Shown piece by piece: positions 37,435 to 49,666 of a stretch of 64,000 nt of DNA. Source of the DNA: Mobula hypostoma (Eukaryota); contig NC_086109.1 of assembly GCF_963921235.1 (NCBI RefSeq), positions 33,792,001-33,856,000 of the forward strand. Reading direction: 5' to 3'. Position numbers and translations under genes: made by a program. How positions within the stretch are numbered: the first letter of the stretch is position 1; the number at the start of each line of letters is the position of its first letter. The notes beneath the pieces are model-generated. The model had not been told where the DNA came from. It was given only the letters and a program-made list of their open reading frames with translations, and searched no databases.

Positions 37435-38118
37435 ACTACTACTACTACTACATTGATTCAGGCCTAGGGGGCCGGCATCGGGCACGACGACGGACTCTCC
37501 ACTTCTCCCTCTCCCTCATCAGTGTGTTCAGTTCATCTACATTAGCCGCGCCGCTGTCTTCTAGGAGCGTGTTGACCATAGTCTTAGGAGGGCGCCGAGG
37601 GTTCATCCGCCCATGTTTGGGCTCCCATATGATGACCAGGCTGGCAGGTAGCTCGGGGTGGCGTAGACAGTGCCCTGCTAGTTGCAGTCTTCTCGCCTCG
37701 ATTTTAGTGGTGAGCATCGGTAGGTTGTTATAGAGCTCGACGTTCGTCATGTGCTGTTGCCAACTCACGTCAAGAGCCATCCGGAACATTCGTGTATAGC
37801 AACCATCTAGAGACTTTCGCATCGTCTTGGTGAGTATCCACGTCTTGCATCCGTACGTGAGAATGGACTCTATGACTGCTATGAAAATCCTCTTTTTAAG
37901 CCCTCTGGTCAGGTTTGACTTCCAGATTTCCTTCATGTCATTCATAGCCCTCCACGCCAGCACCTTCCGTATCTTTATGTCCTTCTCTGAATCATTTTTG
38001 ACCTAAGGTACTTGTAGTCAAAGACTTTCATAATGGTATCATTCTCTATGGTCTTGAGAGTACCTTCATCACAGTTAAACTCTGTCTTTTTAGCGTTTAG
38101 GTGAAGTCCAAAAATCTA
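37435..38118 (-). mobile_element. 5'-truncated RTE LINE
   Basis: ORF 37448-37963 'ESILTYGCKTW...LDGCYTRM.RMAL...LAGHCLRH'; (TAG)n tail; approximate TSD t(a/g)taaatct. Confidence 0.88.
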
Positions 38119-38229
38119 TGTAAATCTTGTCAAGGGGTCAAAAATCACTGCTTTTTGAGAAGAAAGACATACAGTTGATATTATTTAAAAGCTATTTGCT
38201 TCAGTGTGGAATAGTGTCTAAAGGCCACA

Positions 38230-38995
38230 CAAATGCAGGCACATAGGAGTAGGATAGATCAGCTGGCTGAGTGGAATCACAGCAAAAAAAAACTTTGCAT
38301 TCAATGTCATTAAGACTAAGAAAATAATTGTGAATTTCAGGAAGTGGAAATTGAGGGAACACACATCAGTCAGCAAGGGATCAAAAGTGGAAAGTGTAAG
38401 TAGTTTCAGGTTCCTGGGTGTCAACGTCTCTGAGGATCTATCCTGGACCCAACATATTGATGCAGTTACAAAGAAGGCAGGACAGTGTCTATACTTCATA
38501 AGCAGTTTGAGGAGACTTGGTATGTCACCAAAGACACCTGCAAGTTTCTACAGATGTACCGTGGAGAGCATTCTAACTAGTTGCATCACCATCTAGTATG
38601 AAGGAGCCACTGCACAGGATTGGAAAAAATTCCAGGAAGTTGTAAACTCAGGCAGCTTCATCATGGTCACTAGCCTCCCCTGCTTTCAGGACACATTCAA
38701 AAGGCAATGCTTCAAAAAGGTGCCATACATCATTAAGGATCTCCATCATCCAGTACATGCCCTCTTCTCATTGCTATCATCAAGGAGAAGGTTCAGGAGC
38801 CTGAATACACATGCTCAACATTTCAGGAACAGCTACTTCCCTTCTGCAATCAGATTTCTGAATGGATGATGAACCCATGAACACTAGATCAGTATTTTTT
38901 CCTCTCTTTCTACACTACATATGTAATTATTTTTTTAAATTTGTACTACTTATTGTAATTTATATTTTTTATTATTCTGTTTTGCAATGTACTGC
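38230..38995 (+). mobile_element. Rex1/Babar LINE 3' fragment
   Basis: 'FRFLGVNVSEDLSWTQHI...FYRCTVESILTSCIT' and 'HPVHALFSLLSS'. Confidence 0.85.
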
Positions 38996-40379
38996 TTTTT
39001 CTTGCTCATAGTATGCTGTCTATTGCAAATGTGATTGTGGCTTCAATCTATAACTTAAAACAAGTTTCAACATGTGTATCATATTGAACTAATATATTTC
39101 CCATGCTCTCCTTATGCGCTAACGCCTTTTGCTTTTCTTTGCCCTGCTTGCTTCTTCCATTTTCCTTCACTGCCTAATGTGTTGAATTCCAGCCTGTTGC
39201 AACACCAGACAAGATCAGACATGAAACTGGCATGGCATTGTGCTTAGGATTGGGCTAGTTCTGCAACAGTTTTCTGGTTTCCCAATCTTCATACCTTATC
39301 TTCAACTGGAAAAAAATATTTGCATCAATCCATTCTAAAGTTAACTATGATAACAAAAACAAAATCCAAGTGATACTCAGTGGATCATGCAGTATGTGTG
39401 AAAAGAGAAAACAGATTTGTCATTTCAGCTCAATATTCTTTCATCAGCACTTCAGTTCTTCAGCTCTTGCTAAAATTGAGACATACATTATATTTTTGTA
39501 GTTTACTGAATACTTAAACATAATCTCATTTGATGCTAATACCTATTAATATGCCATTACAATCATTAAGGCAATGATCAATGTTTTGCAGTCTTCTGTC
39601 CATTGTAGTTAAAAAGGTTTTTAGTGACTATTTCACATCTTGATATTGGTTGTAGAAGTAATAATCATTATGTTGATTATTATCAAATTCTTCTAAATCA
39701 CTGTTGTATATTTTCCCAAGAGTGTGATTTTGAAGCATCCACGCTGAACACATTTTCTAATGAAGTTTCAATTTCACGAGCCAATCTTTGCCCATCAATA
39801 TTGGTCAATAAGTATAATCATCCACAGCAATTGGTAATTTGGGGTCCTAACGATTGTGATAAACTAGATTTTCCATTTCGCCAGAAATCTTCATTCCTTC
39901 ACCTGAAAATGTGTCTAGCTTTTTGTATTCTTTGCTAATGGCACACACTCATTGGTACTCATTCAGAATTCAGCCCTGCAATGCTTGACAATGTTTTAAT
40001 ACCTCGAGCATCAAGGTCAGCTTGCAGATACATCTTCTCACTTGTCACGTCGTGTGTTTACTTTTCCTATTTCACGTAAAGTATGTTTTTTACACTCTTG
40101 TTATCAATTTGTAATGCATGTGAATAACCATAATTACATAACTATGAATAGAGCAGATAAAATTCAGAATCATTGAAGAGACACGGCAAGTTCTCAGAAC
40201 ACTTGATTATTTACTCGGAATGCTTTGTGCATATCTACACATGTTATATACATACTTCATACACTTGCATATACCCAGTCATTTTGCACGTGATGCGAGA
40301 ACCTTATTTACAGATCTCAATAGTAATCGGTGATACTCCTGTTGTCAATCTTGGCCCATCGGTTTCACATCCTAATTTG

Positions 40380-40665
40380 ATTTGGGTGATTGAGGGTTCA
40401 ATCCTCACTCCAGAGAATTTGGCACAAGTTGCAGTTGAACATCACAAGCTACATTGTTGCTGAAACTAATATACTAAACAGAGATTCTTCAATTGACTTT
40501 AAAGTTCCCCTGACACTGTTTGAAAGAGACAAAAGGAATCTAATCTGATATCTATTATTAAAAAGTGAAATTACCTTTTAAGTTTCTCATTAGTGTCGAT
40601 GGAAGACTCTGTGTAAATTTGCTGCTGCACTTCCCTGCATTAAAACAGTGAGCATACTGTGAGTA
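40380..40665 (+). mobile_element. Ancient DeuSINE/AmnSINE-like remnant interrupted by Tigger
   Basis: 'gggttcaatcctcactccagaga' head-like segment and 'aaatttgctgctgcacttccctgcattaaaacagtga' tail continuing as 'ttggctgtaa' after 42373. Confidence 0.4.
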
Positions 40666-40990
40666 CAGGTGTCCCTTGCTTTTCGAACATTCGCTTTACG
40701 AAACCTCACTGTTACGAAAGACCTACATTAGTATCCTGTTTTCACTTTCAGAGGGTGTTTTCACTGTTATGAAGAAAGGCAGCGCGCAAAAAAAAAATCA
40801 GCGCCGCCCCGAGCAGCCGCTCTCCCCCAGATTCAGAACTGCATTGCTTTAACACGTGCCTGTGAGCAGCCGTTAGCAAGATGAGTTCTATGGTATCGGA
40901 AAAGCCTGAAAGAGCTCGTAAGGATGTTACACTTAGCATAAAGTTAGACATAATTAAGCGTTTTGATTGTGGTGAACGAAGTAAGGACAA

Positions 40991-41126
40991 CAACAGGAAT
41001 TCTGCAGATGCTGGAAATTCAAGCAACATACATCAAAGTTGCTGGTGAACGCAGCAGGCCAGGCAGCATCTATAGGAAGAGGTACAGTCGACGTTTCAGG
41101 CCGAGACCTTTCGTCAGGACTAACTA
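40991..41126 (-). mobile_element. Solo Penelope pLTR (136 bp) with intact minimal hammerhead
   Basis: 12-bp TSD AAGTAAGGACAA at 40979-40990 and 41127-41138; hammerhead at 41086-41121. Confidence 0.85.
41086..41121 (-). ncRNA. Minimal type I hammerhead ribozyme motif
   Basis: AGUC-CUGACGA-A-AGGU(CUCG)GCCU-GAAA-C-GUC-GACU: conserved cores, stem I AGUC/GACU and a 4-bp stem II. Confidence 0.75.
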
Positions 41127-42414
41127 AAGTAAGGACAAAGTGAGTTTGGCTTGTGGAAGCTGACAAAGATAATGTTGAAGAGGTTTTGGCATCCCATAAC
41201 CAAGAACTGATAGATGAAGAGCTGATGCAATTGGAAGAAGAAAGGATAACAATCGAAACCGAATGCAGTAGCGAACTGAACGTGAAGCAACTGCGTGACA
41301 TTTTCGCTGCAATGATAAAGTATGACTTTAATTTTGAACGGGTACGTAGGTTTAGGGGATATTTGCAAGATGGTTTGAGTCCTTACAAAGAACTGTATGA
41401 TAGGAAAATGCGCGAGGCTCAGCAGTGAAGCAAGCCTTCCACATCAGCCACAGGAGACGACGAACCTCAGCCTTCGACATCGAGGCAGGCAGTCATAGGA
41501 GAAGATGAACTAACTGCTCTAATGGAAACAGATGACGAGATGACACCCCAGTGTCCCACCACCCCAACCCTCGGGCCACGGACAGATACCGATTTGCAGA
41601 GAATGCAGCGGTAGCCGGGAGGCACACAGCACATCTTTAAGAAAAAAGCCGAAATAAACATGCGAATTAATTAGATGCCGCCCGACACATAATAGTCGGC
41701 CCAGATCAGAGACGACGCAATCGGAAATCGGCACTGATCTGGGCACCTAATTAATTAGCATGTTTATTTCGGCTTTTTTCTTAAAGATGTGCTGTGTACC
41801 TCCCGGCTACCGCTGCACCCCTGCATGCTTCGCGGTTCGGTATCAGTTGGCGGCCTGGAGGGTGGGGTCCACTGCACCACCCCAACCTGCGATGACTCAG
41901 TCTAACACACCATCATCAGTGTGCTCGGCACTGTCCCGATTCCAGTAAGTGATACTACACTGTACATACATTATTTCTACTTTATATAGGCTGTGTATTT
42001 TTACGTGTTATTTGGTATGATTTGGCAGCTTCATAGCTTAAAGGTTACTGGAGAGCGCTTGCGCCGTGTTTTTGCCGACGGCGCTTGCGTGAGAATTTCG
42101 CTACGGAGAACAGTACAGTAATGACTGTGGAAAAGTATTTCTACTTTATATAGGCTGTGTATTTATCATATCATTCCTGCTTTTACTATATGTTACTATT
42201 ATTTTAGGTTTTATGTGTTATTCGGCATGATTTGGTAGGTTATTTTTGAGTCTGCGAACGCTCACAAAATTTTCCCATATAAGTAAATGGTAATTGCTTC
42301 TTCGCTTTACGACATTTCGGCTTATGAACCGTTTCATAGGAATGCTTTACCTTCGGATGGCAGGGAAAACCTGCATATATTGGCTGTAAGGGCCACCTGA
42401 AGCCCTCTGGCAAT

Positions 42415-43140
42415 GTTCAAAGTGCAAAGTAAAGTTATTATCAAATACTACCCTGAGATTAATTTTCTTGCAAGCATTCACTATAGAACAAAGGAATCCA
42501 AACAAAAGAATCAATGTAAAACCTTACACAAAAACTGATAGCCAACCAATGTTCAAAGGATGACAAACTGTGCCAATCCAAAAAAAAGGTAATATTGAGA
42601 ACATGAGTTGTAGCGTCCTCAAAGATGATGGTTGAAGGGTAATAACTGTTCCGGAACCTGGTGGTGTGGGACATAAATCTCCGATACCTCCTGCCCGACA
42701 GTAGCAATGAGAAAAGGGCATGGCCCGGATAGTGGGGGCGGTCCTTGATAATGGGTACTGCTTTCCTGTCGTAGTGCTGCTTGTAGTTGTGCTCAGTGGC
42801 GTGATGGACTGGTCTGTGTCCACTGCTTTTTGTAAGCTCACAATGTGCTTATCCTTTCCTTTGCTTTTGAAATTTCACAAACAGAATCAGGTTTAATATC
42901 ATCAGCTTATGTTAGGAAATTTGCTGTTATGCGGCTGCAGTACATTGGAATACATAATAAAAATTGTAAATTACAGTCAGTATATATATACCTAAAAAGT
43001 TAAATTAACTAAGTAGTGTAAAAAGAGAGAAAAAAAAAGTCGTGAGGAAGTATTCATGGGTTCAATGTCCATTCAGAAATCCGATGGCTGAGGTAAAGAA
43101 GCTACTGTATTCCTGAATCGTTGAGCGTGTGCTTTCAGGA
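42415..43140 (-). mobile_element. Two adjacent Rex1/Babar 3' fragments (about 42415-42840 and 42883-43140)
   Basis: 'LLSGRRYRRFMSHTTRFRNSYYPSTI'; the second begins with a 'cagaatcaggtttaatatc' tail. Confidence 0.75.
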
Positions 43141-44084
43141 AAATTTCAGGGTTATTTTCACACATACACTGCTGGGGAAGAATGTTCTTGTTGAACTCTC
43201 CCACAACTCAGTGGGTAGTGAGTGTCAGATTATTGTGAAGGGAGGTGTGTGGGAAGCTATTATTGATCCTCTGGCTGCCGTCCAAGTACATGACGAGAAG
43301 GGTGAGATCACATTTTAGGATAAGACTATTGTGACAGCTGCCAGCAAGGCTAGCGCAGACTTGCCTGATCCATATGATGGTCATGTCATGTCAAGCAGAT
43401 TTTAGCCTGATGCGTGTTGTTTCTGCCAGCTGAGGAAAGGTCGTGTTTCATCTACTGTTACTCTGACAAGCAGATGCATACAGACAATTATAGCGGGTTC
43501 ACAAGGGGTAAAAAAACACTGCTGTAAATCTAACAAACTCCCTTGTCTGTTATTATTCATGATGATATGGGTTTAGTGCATGAAAATAGTATGAAGTAAA
43601 AGCTTAGCCATGATCTTATTTAATAATGGGGTAGGCTCTTGGGGCTAAATAATGCTTCTTTTCTTTCTGGTCTTTAACAATTTTATTTACTTTGGGCAGG
43701 AGGACTGTGAGAGGAAGACCTGGTGTATTCTGCAGAAGCCAGAGGGCAAGAATTATTTCCTGGACAGCTTTGAGCTTCATCTAGATGCCCATGAATAAGA
43801 GTGTTGCCCTGTAGAGCCTCGCTTCCCCCGCCCCATTCAGTTCCCCCACTGTATCCGGAGGACTCAGCCATGACTCAGTCTGGCAGTTCTCTCAGTTGTA
43901 CATTGATTAATGTGGCAGTAATAATTTAAAACTTTGTGGTCAGGTTGGCCAAGCCAAACAGGCATTGAAAAGAGACCGCCGTGAATTCCTGATCTTCAAT
44001 ATCACTCCAGTAAGTAAAACAAAGATTGCAATGGTCCAAATGACAACGAGTTCATGATGTTCCCCCGCAGAAATTTGTCTCCTG

Positions 44085-45245
44085 CCAAGCACCATTTATA
44101 AATTTGCCACCACACAGCTATTGTTGGCAGAATTTAAGATGGTGATGAGGAAGTGTACAGGAATGAGGTGGATCAGCTGGTTGACTGGTGTCATAGCAAC
44201 AACGTTGCACACAAGACCAACAGATTGATTGTGGACTTCTGGAAGGGGAGGTTGAAAGAACACACACCAGTCCTTGTCAAGGGCTCAGAAGTGGAAAAGG
44301 GGAGCAGTTTCAAGTTGCTGGGTATAAACATCTCTGAGGTTCTATCTTGGGCTCAACATATTAATGTAATTACAAAGAAGGCATGACATTGGCTATACCT
44401 CATTAGGAGTTTGAGGAAAATTGGTACATCACCAAAGATACATAAATTTCTACAGATGTACCATAGACAGCATCCTAACTGTTTCCAGCACCTTCTGATA
44501 TGGAGGAGCCACTGCACAGGATCAGAAAAAGCTGCAGAAAGCTGTAAACTCAGCCAACTTCATTATGGGCACTAGCCTTCCCTGCATCCAGAACACCTTT
44601 GAAAAGCAATGCCTCAGAAAGACTGATTCCTCATTAAGGACCCCCATCACCCAGAACACGCTCTCTTCTCATTGCGACCAAAGAGAAGGTATAGGATTCA
44701 GTAACAGCCTCCTCCCCTCTTCCATCAGATTTCTGACTATGAACACTACCTCCATATTCTTCCTCTTTTTTGCACTACTTACTTAATTTGCTTATGTATA
44801 CACATATAAGTCTTACTGTAATTAATTGATTTTATTATTATGTGTTGCAATGTATAAAGTTAAAGTTAGACTCTGTCCCGAACCTTATAGGCTCATCAGG
44901 CCGGTGCTTATACCGGTTTCCGTGGTGTGAAGCGTCTGAGAGTACGAGACTCCCCGCACCCCACCCCCCGCTCCCGGATAGGGTGCCAGTCTATCGCAAG
45001 GTTAACCCCCAGCATTTTGCCGGTACCCATTTTCAGCTGGGTGGACTGGAGCAGTGTGTGGTTAACAGCCCTGCTCAAGGACACGACACGATGCTTCGGC
45101 TGGGGCTCAAACTCACGACCTTCAGATCGCTAGTCCACCGCCCCAACCACTTGGCCACACGCCACACGTTGCAATGTATGGCCGCCACAAAATATTAATT
45201 TTCACGACATATGCCAGTGATACTAAACCTGATTCTGATTCGGAT
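44085..45245 (+). mobile_element. Rex1/Babar LINE 3' part with nested SINE
   Basis: 'YRNEVDQLVDWCHSNN...FKLLGINISEVLSWAQHI'; ctgatt tail near 45230. Confidence 0.85.
44856..45167 (-). mobile_element. tRNA-derived SINE with CORE and Meta-like domains
   Basis: A box TGGCCAAGTGG, B box GAGTTTGAGCC, CORE-like 'gtgtccttgagcagg', central 'gcttcacaccacggaaaccgg..taagcaccggcctgatgag', (taactt)n tail. 12-bp TSD GTTGCAATGTAT at 44844-44855 and 45168-45179. Confidence 0.85.
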
Positions 45246-45769
45246 TTGATCCACTCCATGTAATGTCAAGAAACAAATAAGCAAGCTGTTCAGCCGAGGT
45301 TATAGGCTCTGACAATATTCCAGAAGTAATGCTAAAGGTTTATGCATCAAGCGAAGCACAGGGCTAGAGCAGCATATTGACAACAATGACATTTACATAG
45401 TAAAGTTTAGAATTGCTCGGGTCTTACTTGCCCATAAAAAATAGGATCCGTCCAATCCTGTTTAACGGCATTCATCAGTACAACTGTGAAAGGTGGTGGC
45501 AGCATTGCTACCTCAGCAAATAATGGTTACTTCTGTTTGAATACAGCCCAAACCACTTGATTTCGGATCTCAGCATGACCTAGTCCAAACATGCACAAAA
45601 ATGCTGAGTTTCAGAAACAAAATGGCTCTCCGCTTGTCAGAATCATTTCAAAAACACGAAGGAAAGAGGTTATGGTTGTCAAGGCCCACTAAACTAAGTC
45701 CTAAGACTATGCTGCAGGAGTTTTTCAAGGCAATGTCCCAGTCTCAAAACTCTTCAGCTGCTTCAGGAA

Positions 45770-47765
45770 GTGGCAGATCTTCATTACTGAATAGGGAGAA
45801 TGCCATAGCTGCACCTAGAGAGGACATCTTGGAGATTCATCCAGAAAGGTTATGTGGGTAGAGCCTAGGAATAAGACAGGTGCAATCATTCTGGAGGCAT
45901 TATACACTAGGCCTCCCAATAATCAGTGGGAGTTGGCAGAACAGATATCATGCAGATCATGGAAAGACATAAAAAATAGTAGATTTGTTGTAGTGGTTGA
46001 TTTCATCTTCCCCAATATCGATTTGGACTTCCTTAATGCCAGGGGCTTGGATGGGGCACATTTTGTGAGATATATCCAGGAGGGTTTCATGAAACATTAT
46101 GTATATAACACAACTAGGGACAGGGTAATACTTACAGGCTTATATTGGCCAAGTGGTCAGAGTTTCATTGGAGGAGCATTTTGGTAACAGTAATCATAGT
46201 TCTGCAAGTTTTATGATAGTATGGACAAGGATAAGACTGGTCCTTGAGTGAAAGTGCTATATTGGTGGAATGCTAATTCCAGAATTAGATGGGAACTGGG
46301 TAAAGAAGATTGGGAATGGTTGTTTGGATTTTAACAGAAAAGGCCAGCTGGATACTCGGACAAACATGTTCATGTGTGGAATGAAGATAAAGATAGCAAG
46401 TTTTGGAAACCTTGGAAGACAAAAGATATTGTAAGTTTAGTTTAAAAGAATAAGGAAGCATATATAAGGTTTAGGAATCTGAAATAAGCCAAGTCCCTTG
46501 AAAAGTATGAAGGAAGTAGTAAAGAACTTAAGCGGGGAATTAGAAGGGCTAAAGGGGGCCATGAAATATCCTTGGCAGGAAGAATTAAGGAGAATACCTA
46601 GGCATGTGTTAGGAGCAAGGATAGTAAATGAAAATTTAGAAAGACAAAGGGGGGAATTTGTGTGTGAAGTCAGAAGAAGTGGATGAGCTGCTAAGTGAGC
46701 ACTTCACATTGATATTCAGCCAGGAGAAGGACATGGTTGATAGTGAGACTAGGAAGACCTAAATCAGTATTCAGGGATATCTTGATATGAAGTAGGAAGG
46801 AGTATCTTGTGGCCTTCAGAACAGTAAAGTGGATACATCCCAGAACCTGAAAGGATCTATCCTGGGATACTGAGGGAGGTTTCTATTCCCTTCGCTAAGA
46901 GCTTTGGCCACGGGCAAGGTTCCAAAACACTGGAAAATAAGCGTTGTTGTTTTCCTATCTAAGAAGAACAATGGGGAGAATCCAGGAGATCATATGCCAG
47001 TGGCAGTGAGGTTATTGGAGAGAGGTTTATTTGCATGAGGAAAAGCATGCACTTGTTAGTGACAACATGGATTTGTGCAAGGGAGATCAGGTTTCAGAAA
47101 TGTGATTGAGTCTTTTTGAGAAGATGACAAAGATCATTGATCAGGGTAAGGCAGTGAACATTGGCTGCATGGACTTTAAACCATTTGATAAGTTTGATCA
47201 GAGTCAGTTGGTCCTGAAATTAAGTCACATGGGATCCATGGTGCATTAGTAAGTTGGATCTGTCTTCTACTGAGTGTGGTGTACATAGAGTGTAGGAATA
47301 TATCTGCTAGCTTGTAGTCCTTCTCCACATGCCTTCTTATTCTACCTTCTACCCCCTTCCTTTCCAGTCCTGATAAAGGGTCTTGGCCTTGAAAGGTGGA
47401 CTGTTTATTCCCCTCCCCTCCATAGATGCTGCCTGATTGGCTGAATTCCTCCAGCATTTTGTGTGTGTTGGTCAAGATTTCCAGCATCTGCAGAATCTCC
47501 AGTGGTTATGAAATACTAGAGGTGAGTGGCGCAAACTTTAAAGGAGATGTGCAAGACAATCTTTTTATGTGCTGTGCTCCTGGAATGGCCTGTCAGGCAA
47601 GGTAGAGAAGCAGCTAAAACAGCAACGTGGGAGAAACATTTAGACAGGCGCATTAGAAGCCAGGGAATAGAGGCATGTTAATCACGTGCAGGCAGATGGG
47701 ATTAGATTAGATTGGTATCATGATCATCATAGACTCAATGGGTTGAAGGGCCAATTTCTGTGTAC
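45770..47765 (+). mobile_element. Old CR1 LINE ORF2, decayed and internally deleted
   Basis: 'LWVEPRNK.G...RPPN...VVDFIFPNID', RT remnants to about 47260, 3' end at about 47520-47765. Confidence 0.8.
47300..47505 (+). mobile_element. Penelope pLTR, decayed hammerhead
   Basis: 'ccagtcctgataaagggtcttggccttgaaaggtggactg...ttcctccagcattttgtgtgtg'. Confidence 0.7.
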
Positions 47766-47927
47766 GTTCAAGGCTTTCCTTCTGTAATAAGGTCAGATGA
47801 TTACAGTTGAGTATAAAGTGCTATGTTCCGCTCAGAACTTCTCAGAAAATGAGGGCACCCTTGCTAGAATGTAACATAATCAGTTGAGGTTTAAACTGAT
47901 ATATGGCAATCACATTTATGCTACACA

Positions 47928-48172
47928 CACCCAGTGGCCACTTTGTTAGATACACCTGTACACCTCATTAATTAAAACATTTAATCAGCCAATCACATGG
48001 CAGCAAGTCAATGCATAAAAACATGCAGACTTGGTCAAGATCTTCAAGTTGTTCTTCAGACTGAATGTCAGAATGGGGAAGAAATGTAACTTAAGTGACT
48101 TTGACCCTGGAATGACTGTTGGTGCCAGATGGGTGGCTTGAGAATCTGAAAAACTGCTGGGATTTTCTCTCA

Positions 48173-48251
<79 letters not shown>

Positions 48252-48583
48252 ACACACACACATACACACACACAGCCTCTAGAGTTAACAGAGAACTGTG
48301 CAAAAACAAACAAAAACATCCAGTGAGCTGCAGTTCTGTGGACGAAAACTCCTTGTTAATGAGAGAGGTCAGAGGAGAATGGCCAGACTGTCTCAGGCTG
48401 ACAGGAAGGCGAAATTAACTCAAATAACTTTGTGTTATAACAGTGGTGTGCAGAGACTATCTCTGAACGCACAACACACTGAACCTTGAAGTGGATGGGC
48501 TACAGTAGCGGAACACCACAAACATGCACAGAGTGGCCACTTCATGAGGTACAGAAGGTACCTAATAATATGGCCACTCAGTG
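47928..48583. mobile_element. Tc1/mariner-derived non-autonomous element
   Basis: TIRs CACCCAGTGGCCACTTTGTTAGATAC and GTACCTAATAATATGGCCACTCAGTG|TA; reverse complement of the 10665-11194 family. Confidence 0.85.
48175..48274 (+). repeat. (CA)n microsatellite, about 100 bp
   Basis: Direct reading; inserted within the Tc1 derivative. Confidence 0.98.
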
Positions 48584-48766
48584 TAAGTGCAAATCATTAG
48601 GCAGCTCCACTTGCTGATAAAAATCATGACCTGTTTGGCAATAACATGAGTTGGAAACGAAAACAGAAACAAAAATAACTGCTTTTGACATCACAGCAGA
48701 TTTCATCTCAAGAGTCAGAACACCCTAAGGGAAACAGAGCTCTAGGAAATTTTCCCAGGAAGGTGA

Positions 48767-48980
48767 ACATAGAACATAGAAATCTACAGCACATTACAGG
48801 CCCTTCGGCCCACAATGTTGTGCTGACCATGTAACTTACTCTAGAAACTGCCAAGAATTTCCCTACCACATAGCCCTCTATTTTTCTAAGCTCCATGCAC
48901 CTATCTAAGAGTCTCTTACAAGGCCATATTTTATCCACCTCTACCACCGTCATGGGCAGTGCATTCCACACACCCACCAT
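48767..48980 (-). mobile_element. CR1 3' end
   Basis: 'VGVWNALP...KRLLDRCM'; (tctatgt)n tail. Confidence 0.8.
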
Positions 48981-49630
48981 GAAGCCCATTGAAAGTGGCT
49001 GTGGTTGATCTTTGCAGAAGGTGTACTCTAGGATGTTCCTCAGGGCAATACCTTCATTTAAACACTTTGCCCTGTTTATGAATTACTTTCTATTCATTAG
49101 AAGGCGCACGAGTCAGGCTGTGGAGTGTGTAACTTTATTCATGACTTCACTGGTAACAGAAAGTGTCAGCCTGCATCAAAGGCTGGAACTGATCCCGGAC
49201 TGAGAGGGAGAAGCAGTGCATTAGAGCATTTCCAACGAAACCAAACTACTCCTTGACTTGATCGGCCACTTGAAGTTCAAAGCAAATTTATTATCAAAGT
49301 ACATATAAGTCACCATCTACAACCCTGACATTCCTTTTCTTGCAGACCTATACAGTAAATCCAAAAAACACAATAGAATTAGTGAAGGACTGCACCCAAG
49401 AGGACAAACAAAGAGCCAATGTGGAAAAGACAACAAACTACAAATACAAAAGAAAAAAAAATTACTGAATAAATATCGAGAACATGAGATGAAGAGTCCC
49501 TGAGAATGTATCCATAGGTTATGGGAACAGTTCAGTAAACACAAAATAATGTGCAGATGCTGTTGTCAAAGGAACACTCACAATGCGCTGGAGGAACTCA
49601 GCAGGTCAGTCAGCATCAGTTGAAAAGATT

Positions 49631-49666
49631 AGTCGACGTTTCGGGCCGAAACCCTTCGTCAGGACT
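49631..49666 (-). ncRNA. Minimal type I hammerhead ribozyme motif (Penelope pLTR)
   Basis: AGUC-CUGACGA-A-GGGU(UUCG)GCCC-GAAA-C-GUC-GACU. Confidence 0.8.

Larger units (their letters stand above)
40666..42373 (+). mobile_element. Internally deleted Tigger/pogo DNA transposon
   Basis: TA|CAGGTGTCCC... and ...GGGAAAACCTG TIRs. N-terminal HTH 'VTLSIKLDIIKRFDCGE' joined to a TIGD1-like C-terminus 'VEEVLASHNQELIDEELMQLEEE'. DDD catalytic domain absent. Confidence 0.85.

Noticed and set aside
44880..44925. Hammerhead-like GAAA and CTGATGA motifs in the SINE (minus strand)
   Set aside because: Order and pairing do not give a valid three-stem hammerhead.
48119..48418. His-Thr and Val-Cys repeat ORFs
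   Set aside because: Translations of the (CA)n microsatellite.
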